DNA of 20,000 bases from Vermamoeba vermiformis (taxonomy: Eukaryota), in NCBI GenBank assembly GCA_045837725.1, contig JBEWZL010000253.1, positions 234,808-254,807 of the forward strand. The letters are read 5' to 3'. Of this stretch, positions 11,996 to 20,000 are shown piece after piece (positions within the stretch are counted from its first letter, which is position 1; each line of letters starts with the position of its first letter). The notes beneath the pieces were generated by a model that saw nothing but the letters and a program-made list of their open reading frames with translations, did no database searches and was not told where the DNA came from. Position numbers and translations under genes: made by a program.

Positions 11996-13544
11996 ATGCT
12001 ACCACTTGCAAAATGCTTATCAAAAAGATTAGGAAATTATGCAAAAAGAAGTTACAGCACTCACTCCAAGTATGGTGTATATTTGATTTTTGAAGACAAA
12101 ATTGCGGATGTGCCGCCTAAAATTGCCATCAATCAAGCCGTAGCAGGAAGTGCGACAATGGTTCAAATACGCGAGAAAAAAAAATCGACAAGCGAATTTA
12201 TCAAAGAAGCAAGAGAAATCAAAGCTCTGCTACGTGGCAGCAATGTGCCGTTGATCATAAATGACCGGGTTGATGTGGCCTTGGCATGTGATGCGGACGG
12301 CGTGCATGTTGGACAAACGGACATGGAGGTCAAAGATGCGCGAAGAATATTAGGCCCGAATAAGATCGTTGGCTGCACCGTCAGCACACCTTATCAAGCC
12401 AAGCTGGCGCTGTTTCAAGGAGCAGACTATCTGGTACGTCGCTGATAGCACTGTTTGCTGACTCAGCAACTCATATTCATATTAGGGCACTGACGCTATA
12501 TTTCCAACCGCAACGAAGCCCGACAGCAAGCCACTCGGCCTCGCAGCGTTCAAGGATATCTGCGCCTCTACTTCTTTGCCTGTTGTGGCTATTGGCAGTG
12601 TTAATCGAAACAACGCGCAATCGTGTCTCGATGCTGGTGCTGCTGGACTTGCAGCGTGTGCCAGTATTTTGGATTCGAGAGTGAATGGTGGTTCGATCAC
12701 AGAGGCTTGCAAAGAATTGCATCGGCTGGTGGACCTCTCGCAGCCAAAGTACTCGGACGAGCTTGCACGTGTGGCAGCGGAGGTGATTAGCGCGGTGAGA
12801 ATGAAGCATCCACTGATCGTGCACATCACTAATACTGTCACGATCAACGACGTTGCAAATGTCACTTTGCTGTGTGGTGCTTCGCCGGTCATGGCACAAG
12901 AGAACAATGAAATGGTCGAACTAGCCGACGCACTGGTACTCAATATGGGCACGCTGGACAACAATCAAATCGATGTTATGATCAGCTGTGGCCGCGTAGC
13001 CAACAAGCGAGGAATTCCCGTTGTGTTTGACCCTGTTGGTGCTGGTGCTACACCGTATCGAACAGCAGCAGCAAAGCGCATATTGGACAGCATTCATGTC
13101 GATGTTTTGCGCGGAAACGCCTCTGAGATAGCAGCACTTGCAGATTTACCTGCGAGCACACGTGGGGTTGATTCAGGAATTGTACAGAACAAACAAGCAG
13201 CACTCAAAGCTCTTGCTTCAACAGATCGAATAGTTATTATGACTGGCAAACACGACTTGCTCAGTGATGGACAGGTAGTCTATGAAGTCCACAATAATAG
13301 TGCTTGGCTTCAAACTGTTACTGGCACTGGCTGCATGCTCACAGCTGTTCTTGGTGCTTTTTCAACTGTTGGTCAATACTCAAGATTGAACACTTCTGCT
13401 GCTGCATTATCCTATTTTGCAGCAGCTGCAGAGAGAGCTGAATCTTGCAAACCAAATGGTCCTGCAAGCTTCAAGCAACTCTTTTTTGATGCTTTGGCTG
13501 AGGGAGGATCAGACTTTAAAATATTGTGTTCAAACCTCAAATAA
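11996..13544 (+). CDS. THI6: Bifunctional thiamine-phosphate synthase (ThiE) - hydroxyethylthiazole kinase (ThiM) fusion (THI6-like), 498 aa, 2 exons
   Basis: ThiE motifs VQIREK, LIINDRVDVALA, DGVHVGQTD, GADYL|GTDAIFPTATKPD, PVVAIG. ThiM motifs PLIVHITNTVT, GASPVMA, LVLNMGTL, VFDPVGAGATPYR, RGNASEI, VTGTGCML. Intron 12434-12485. Confidence 0.95.
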
Positions 13545-14289
13545 ATTTGTTTTAAAACCTTTTTGTGTCTGTTGCACACTGTCATTCTCAGCTACAACAA
13601 GGATTTTGATATTATCTGCAATTGGATAATAAAAACTTGATGCCATGCTCCTTCCACTTTTTCTCTTTTCTGAGTTAAAGCCAAGGTCAGGGTAACATCA
13701 CAGAATGGGTAGACATAAATGACCTTCATATCAGAAGTGCTTTAGATCTTATAAGCTAGTAGTCATCAGTGCAATGGTTTGATCTGCTCTTGGCCCACTT
13801 GGTACTGTACAACCAACTGTACTCTTCAGGTCCTGTCTCAATTATGGCCTCATAAGGTTCTCTAGTGTTCTGAACTCAATTTCTGGATTCCACATCATCT
13901 GTTCTTTGCAAATAAAACACATAGTTTACACCAAACTTTGAATCTCAAAAAAGAAAACAACATTTATTTCAATTTCCACCACATAAGAGCTGAAAAGTAA
14001 TCAGAGTTACAACAAAAGTCCTAGCTGGGTATCAATGCTTTCTCACTGAGTTGCCACAAGATATGGCAAGGTCCACGAGTCTCAGTCCTGAAGAAATTCA
14101 ATTTTTCGAAGAAATGTTCGGAAACTGTAATAATTCATACAACTAAATTAAATAAATAGTACGTTAAAAACAAACAGAGCATACTAGAGAAAAAACAAAG
14201 TTTATGAAAAAGAATTTTGCATATGAAAAAGATGTATTTATTGTAAAACAAAACGTGCTACAGGCAAAAAGTTTTACAAGTCAAATGCC

Positions 14290-15246
14290 CTACTTGGCAT
14301 TAGATTTGGACTTCTTGGTGAAGTTTGTAGGTGACGAAGGTTCATCACGTTTGCGCTTTTGGAAGTTGCCGGGGTTTCATCCATGATGCCAGGCACATAA
14401 GGAGTCTCAGGCAAATCCTCATCCACGGCCATCTTAGCAGGAGTGTCAGGCAGTCCCAGTGGCTCATCATCTTCATCACCTTCTTGCACTTTGTTTGTAA
14501 CAATCTCAAACAAAGTGTTTTGAAGGGCAGCGGCATCTTCTTGACTGGAGAAGCGTGAGGAAATGAACCTTGAAACATGCTGGCATGCCACCTCCTTGTT
14601 GTCGGTAAGCATGAAACCAAGGTAGGTGGCTGTCATGTTGACGCAAGTGCTCAGTCTCCGACTCCGTCATTTTTACGTCGTCAACTGTAGCAGCAAGAAT
14701 GTAGCAAGGCCATTCCGTAACACCCCTATTGCTGTTTTAGTATTGTGTTAAAAAACAACACCATTATTAACTTACATTTCCTTGAATATCTCGTATCGAT
14801 GGTTGCCGCCAAGAATTCGGTACTCGGGTTGCTTGCTTTTCTTCTTCGTTTTTTCGTCGGGCGGCAGCAGTTGAACAAGAAATGGCTCCGTACGATTTAA
14901 ACCATTCATGAAGTCACCAGCTCCTTGCGCAATAATGTTGTTCTTAATGGTGGCTTTTCCTTCTTCGGTAACAGTGCGGTACGTTCCTATCGAAAATTAT
15001 TAGAGCAACTTGAGAACAACAGTGAACGCGCCGCGCGTCCACAAATTTTTGAGTTTTTTATCAACGCGCCGCGCGTTCAAAAAAGGTAAAAATATTGTTT
15101 AAAAATACTACAACACATGTGCATAATAATCAGCTCTTTGGGCTGAACGCGCGGCGCGTTTATGATTTTTAAAATTTACTTTTCTTTACCTCGCACAGTC
15201 ATTTGAGCCAACGGGACTGAAGTAGGATTGCCTTCATTTGTGAGCC
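14290..15246 (-). pseudogene. Disrupted spliced ParB/Sulfiredoxin-domain gene with acidic C-terminus and NLS-like tail
   Basis: Splicing introns 15189-14987 and 14775-14726 gives TSVPLAQMTVRGTYRTVTEEGKATIKNNIIAQG..EPFLVQLL..EYRILGGNHRYEIFKEMGVTEWPCYIL, the ParB-N pattern. Frame breaks at ~14640-14660 and in an A-run at ~14357-14360; the corrected tail reads KRKRDEPSSPTNFTKKSKSNAK*. 5' start not located. Confidence 0.7.
15026..15160. repeat. Three GC-rich near-palindromes AACGCGC(C/G)GCGCGTT inside the ParB-like gene intron
   Basis: Copies at 15026-15038, 15063-15079 and 15144-15160; the last is the exact reverse complement of the second. Confidence 0.85.
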
Positions 15247-16180
15247 TTTTAGGGTTAGGGGAGCACTGGGGGGCGCCAAATGACTGGAAAACCGGAAAAT
15301 TTGGCGCCCCGAATTTAATGGCAAAAAATGGAACGAAATTGAACACTACTGTCTTGAACAAACAGTGTTCAATTTCGCGTTAATGCGAAACAATAGCTCA
15401 AACAATGAGCTAATATGGCAATATTAATTTTTTTGTTAATACGAGAAGGTAAGCGATAAATAGCGCGGGGATCCGAGGGAGCCAACGGGCCCCTGGATCT
15501 TTAAATTTTGATCCGGACCTCTCAATTAATTTTTATTTATTATTTTGGATTCAGACCGCCGAGAAACAACGGGCGAAATCAATGCCAAAATTCTCGGTGG
15601 CAGAGAAAGCAAGAAATTGTCGCGCCGATCCGTTGACTCAGAGTGACGGATCAACGAAGATTCATAAGAAAAGAACATCAAGAACATGATTAAAGGTACG
15701 TAATAATGATAAATATAGCAGCAATTTAAATATTGATTGTGTTCGAGGTCGGATTTAAACCTCGATCGAATTTCAAATCAGCGAGATTAACGAGATTATC
15801 GTTACTCGCGTTAAATTATGGAATTATTATCTTTGTTATTGTTATTTAAATCATTTTAAACAAGTTCTGCGGCGATCACCAAGTCAGTCAACGATCGCAC
15901 GCGTCATTTAAATTTAAATATAGACAGATCGATCACATTGGTCAATTTATTAATTTATTCTTGTTATTTATACGTTTTTTTAGCTTATAGCAACGCGCCA
16001 CGGCTTTAAGAGCCGTTTCAGCGCGAGTTATTTTGAATTTCCAAAATCGCACGCGCCAAGTTTTGACACTATTTTACAATTAATATACCTTTGGGGTTAA
16101 GGTTAAAGGTTGAGGGGTGAAGAGTCCCTGATTGTATGACGTAAATTAAATGAGTTAGTAGAAGTTTATACTCAGTCAAA

Positions 16181-16591
16181 GCATCCGAATTTCGGATGGT
16201 CAAAAACCAGCTTTGAATAACTGATAGCTAGATAGTTAGAGTCATCCGATGTTCGGACGGTTATAACCAGCTATGTACTTCTAATAGCCCATATTCTCCA
16301 ACAAGGGCATCCGATGTTCGGATGGTCTAACAAGTAGCTACAAAAACCTAATAGCTCATTTTTGAATGCATAGGCATCCGAAGTTCGGATGGTCTAAAAG
16401 TAGCTACGAAAACCTATTAGCTCACTTTTGAATGCATAGGCATCCGAAGTTCGGATGGTCTAAAAGTAGCTACGAAAACCTGATATCTCATTTTTGAACG
16501 TATAGGCATCCGAACTTCGGATGGTCTATAAAGTTGCCTGAAAAAGTTAAAGTCTCATTAGAAGGCACAGGCATCCGAAATTCGGATGGTC
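16181..16591. repeat. Array A: 7 units of 61-67 bp, each with the palindromic core GCATCCGA-NNN-TCGGATGGT
   Basis: Cores at ~16181, 16242, 16307, 16374, 16440, 16506 and 16571. Inter-core sequences are related to each other (AGCTA..TAGCTCA..TTTTGAATGCATAG) and diverge toward the array edges. Confidence 0.95.
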
Positions 16592-16806
16592 CAGTTATTT
16601 ACATATTAGTAGTTAAATGTACTTTATTTATTACAAAACAAAGTTAATACAAAAATCAATTTACTTTTTACCTGCTTTAAGGTAATTTAAGGAGTCTTCT
16701 CTCTCCTTCTTAGCTTTGCGGCGCTTGTAATTTATACTATATAGGAGGCTACTACAATTTAGGGTTATGCGTTCTACGGGCTGATAACGCCCTTGCCTCT
16801 TATCTA

Positions 16807-17114
16807 GGGTGTAGTTTTGAGGACTGCACCCTTTCAAACCAGACTGGGGGTGTAGTCCTCGAAACTACGCCCTTGCGAACCAGAACGGGGGCGTAGTCCT
16901 CGAAACTACGCCCTTGCGAACCAGAACGGGGGCGTAGTCCTCGAAACTACGCCCTTGCGAACCAGAATGGGGGCATAGTCCTCAAAACTACGCCCTTGCA
17001 AACCAGAACGGGGGCGTAGTCCTCAAAACTATGCCCTTGCGAACCAGAACGGGGGCGTAGTCCTTGAAACTACGCCCTCACAAGCAAGAACAGGCTTGTA
17101 GTTTGCAAACTACA
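16807..17114. repeat. Array B: 41-bp tandem repeat GGGGGCGTAGTCCTCGAAACTACGCCCTTGCGAACCAGAAC (9-bp stem hairpin), 6 copies plus flanking variants
   Basis: Units start at 16846, 16887, 16928, 16969, 17010 and 17051. There is a loop-inverted copy at 16807 and a terminal perfect palindrome TGTAGTTTGCAAACTACA at 17097-17114. Confidence 0.95.
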
Positions 17115-17220
17115 TGTGCAAAAAATATATCTTATTTACCATTATATACCCTATAGGGGTAGGGGTGGGTAGGTGGCGGGTTGCATATTCAATTTTCATT
17201 CACCTCAGCATCAAACAGGA

Positions 17221-17291
17221 TGCACGCATGCGCATCAGACAGAGTGTACGATTATCGTGCACACATGCGCATCAGACAGGGTGTACGATTA
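17221..17291. repeat. Two-copy ~36-bp direct repeat TGCACRCATGCGCATCAGACAGRGTGTACGATTA
   Basis: Copies at ~17221 and ~17257. Confidence 0.85.
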
Positions 17292-17671
17292 AATATGATA
17301 TTAGCAGTGTTAGCCCCCGCATAGAAAGGAGAATGAAAGTGAAGATGAAGTATTAAAGTGATGTTCAAAATAGAGTGAGATTTCACTCTGCATTCTCATG
17401 AAGAATGATGATTGGGGTGCATAGAATAGAATGATGATTATATATATAGTTAGGCTTAGCTAATTTAAGGCTTATAGGCCTAAAGCCTGGAAAATGTCAA
17501 ATTTTTGCATAAATGTTATTTATTTTTGAATATACAATAATGCCTAAAATCAGTACTATCTTTGTCTTCCCAATTTTGAATCACAAACGTTGTTTTCCCA
17601 TCCACTTGCCTTGGCAGGTTTACAATGAAGACAGAGCCTAAAGTTAACGAACTTAGTTTCATCGGTAACTA

Positions 17672-18699
17672 TTTTGAATATGCATACTTACAAAATGTCT
17701 ATTCATTTGTATGCATGTCCAACCAGTAGAGTGCAGAATTCTCGATCAACCGTAGTCCAAGGACTACGGTCAAATGCAGAATTCTTGACTAACCGTAGTC
17801 CGAGGACTACGCTCAAACAAAGAATTCTTGAAGACCTGATGTGTACCAGCCTAATCATGAAGGGTCAGAATATTTGAATATGCAAAATATTAAAATGTAT
17901 ATTCATTTATACCTGTGGGCCAGTCATATACGGCGAGTGGTGGGAGGTTGCAGCGACTGAATCTAACTCCAACTGAATATCTCTAAAGAATGTCAATATT
18001 TTGAATATGCAAAAAAAAATAGTGTCTATGCATTGTCATAGGGCACTACATTACTTAACAATTCCTCGAGTGTAGTCCAAGGACTACGGTCAAATACAGA
18101 ATTCTCAACTAACTGTAGTCCAAGGACTACAGTCAAATACAGAATTCCTGACTGAGCGTAGTCCAAGGACTACGGTCAAATGCAGAATTCTCGACTAACC
18201 GTAGTCCAAGGACTACGGTCAAATACAGAATTCTTGACATACCTGAAAACGGGCAAAGCAGCTTAAATTGTCTCTATGACCTGTAGAAGGGTGCATAAGT
18301 AATTTTGAATATACATTAATTAAAAGTGTATATTCAAAAGTTTGTAAAGATAACGTGACCGTAGACCAAGGACTACGGTCAAATACAGAATTCCCAACTG
18401 AGCGTAGTCCAAGGACTACGGTCAAATCAAGAATTCTCGACTAACCGTAGTCCAAGGACTACGCTCAAATGCAGAATTCCTGACAACTGGTCAGGGTTAT
18501 ACCATATACTTTGAGCGTAGTCCAAGGACTACGGTCAAATGCAGAATTCTCAACTAACCGTAGTCCAAGGACTACGCTCAAATACAGAATTCATGACATA
18601 CTTGAACAGGGGGAAACTGCCCAAAGGCATAACAGGTGACCTGAGAAAGGGAAGGTAAGTTATTTTGCATATACATTAATCTAATTTGTCTATTCAAAA
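17672..18699. repeat. Module D: dispersed AT-rich inverted repeat TTTTGAATATRCA-N~11-TGTMTATTCAAAA interleaved with array C blocks
   Basis: Copies at ~17672, 17873, 17999, 18303 (perfect 13-bp stem) and 18663, plus an inverted copy at ~19767-19800. Confidence 0.8.
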
Positions 18700-18832
18700 G
18701 TTTGAAAAGATGATGAAACAACCGTAGTCCAAGGACTACGCTCAAATTCAGAATTCTCAACTGAGTGTAGTCCAAGGACTACGGTCAAATGCAGAATTCC
18801 TGACTGAGCGTAGTCCAAGGACTACGGTCAAA
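17732..18832. repeat. Array C: 43-bp unit CCGTAGTCCAAGGACTACGGTCAAATGCAGAATTCTCGACTAA, 14 hairpin copies in 5 blocks (2,4,3,2,3)
   Basis: Hairpin cores at 17751, 17794; 18071, 18114, 18157, 18200; 18360, 18403, 18446; 18516, 18559; 18723, 18766, 18809. Confidence 0.95.
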
Positions 18833-20000
18833 GATTCACACCTATAACCCTGAAGACTTACATAACCCTAACAGTGCAGAATAAGTCCAAACCATCCAAT
18901 ACAGCCATCAGATATTACTTGTATGCTATAGTAAGGTAGATTAGCATCAGAGTGACAAAATAAAGAATCGAATTTGAATATTTAAAAAAAAATAATAACT
19001 ATTTATTTTTGTGGGTCCGCATTTGATTACTTACTGCTGCAATGAAAGGAAGCCATGCAGATACAGGTGTTCTTATATATTCTATAGTGGTGTTGTTGGC
19101 AAGTTGAATGTAACAGAAAATGAACAAAAAAATCTTTTTTTGGTCAAGCACGTGATCGATGCTCGTTAAAATCTGACCAATGCACGCACTGCCAACCTCC
19201 TAATACACTTCTCAAGGGGCACATCAGTAGTGTGCTACTATTCAAATATGTAAGAGGTCAAGGAGAGGGCCCATTGGTGAGGATCCGATGGTCAGCCGAT
19301 GTTGGATCGAGATCAGGATTTGCCAATTTCAGTCTGGTGGCTTCCAGTAAAGTAAGTAATCCAAGAATATTAATATAAATATTAACTACACTATGTGGTT
19401 AAACTGGTGGCATTATCTGCTACTATATAATAAAATAAATATTTAATAAAATCAAATCTAGCCGTTACCAAAAACTTTATAACTTTTTGTTAGCAGTTCG
19501 AGCCAGTAAGCATCAATTCATAGTGACAATAATATGAGTATTATGGTAAAATTAATGTCATACTTGTAGGATAAATAGTAAGTGAGATTTTGCCGATCCA
19601 GAGGCTCGTGCACGATCCAGGATCAATCAGTGTGGAGCTTCAGTGACCACTGGTAAGTTTGAAAACACACTCAAATAATTAACTACAGTGCTCTAATACT
19701 AGTTGTCAGGTCAACAGAAGGCAGCAAGAGCTGGTTAAGCAGATCCAGACAAGTCGAAGCTGTATTTTTTGAATAGACAAATAAATATTTTGAATATTCA
19801 TTTTTGTACAAACAAATTTAGTGTCTGTATGAGTGATAGTTGGTGGATATATCTTTCTACATTGGTCGCAGGTGGTTTTTGTTGAAGTTTGTGGGATTGA
19901 CATGCCCCCATGTTGAAAATGTTTGATGTCCTGGATCGCAGAATGCTGAGGTTCTCTCTGCCTTTGATAACCCTGCAAAGGACCATTGCTCTTAGTGTTC

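Larger units (their letters stand above)
13550..20000. mobile_element. Probable decayed mobile element or repeat-rich heterochromatic block (class unassigned, boundaries uncertain)
   Basis: Abrupt loss of intact genes, a disrupted ParB-like gene, several palindromic repeat arrays and CpG decay. No transposase, terminal inverted repeat or target-site duplication is identifiable in the window. Confidence 0.45.

Noticed and set aside
840-12964. Antisense or overlapping ORFs (e.g. 840..1208, 5252..5680, 11441..11815, 12482..12964)
   Set aside because: They are shadows of well-supported genes on the opposite strand or in another frame.
10122-13620. TPP riboswitch in UTRs or introns of the thiamine genes
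   Set aside because: No CUGAGA plus CUGAU..UAAU..GCG.AGGGA core seen on either strand, and the introns (43-52 nt) are too short to hold one. An Rfam RF00059 scan would be decisive.
13870-13878. Half-site CTGAACTCA matching the thiamine promoter palindrome
   Set aside because: A single 9-mer match in 20 kb is compatible with chance.
13560-14100. Degraded coding sequence on the minus strand downstream of the ParB-like gene
   Set aside because: All frames I read are interrupted by stops and no family motif is recognisable.
15249-15261. Telomeric repeat TTAGGGTTAGGGG
   Set aside because: Only two units; on the minus strand it is CTAAC, a plausible intron branch point of the ParB-like gene.
16181-16591. 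CRISPR array
   Set aside because: Spacers are homologous to each other (units 4-6 nearly identical), there are no cas genes, and the context is eukaryotic; better described as a palindrome-core minisatellite.
19690-19703. Helitron 3' end (CTAG followed by T)
   Set aside because: No GC-rich subterminal hairpin just upstream and no Rep/helicase remnants.
17114-19986. Short ORFs at 17114, 17674, 18219, 18578, 19706 and 19798
   Set aside because: They are translations of repeat units or AT-rich sequence, with no motifs or splice support.

Overview
This is a compact, intron-rich eukaryotic region (short GT-AG introns, mostly 43-55 nt; probably a bacterivorous protist, by inference). It has two very different halves. 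1-13.5 kb is gene-dense and CpG-rich. It carries a GT15 (KRE2/KTR-like) mannosyltransferase, a large F-box/acidic/LRR-like protein, a papain-family cysteine protease, a small hydrophilic protein, a second F-box protein, an intronless bacterial-type VanX/DdpX D-Ala-D-Ala dipeptidase with an N-terminal frameshift, and a head-to-head thiamine-salvage pair (ThiD-TenA and ThiE-ThiM fusions) with a perfect palindrome centred in their 162-bp shared promoter. 13.55-20 kb looks like a decayed mobile element. It holds a spliced but disrupted ParB/Srx-domain gene (GGNHR motif) that the ORF track largely misses, a cluster of hairpins, and three arrays of palindromic repeats (~65, 41 and 43 bp units) plus an interleaved AT-rich hairpin module. 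The repeats show CpG->TpG/CpA decay, and an ~820-bp CpG-free zone reaches into the 3' end of the ThiE-ThiM gene.
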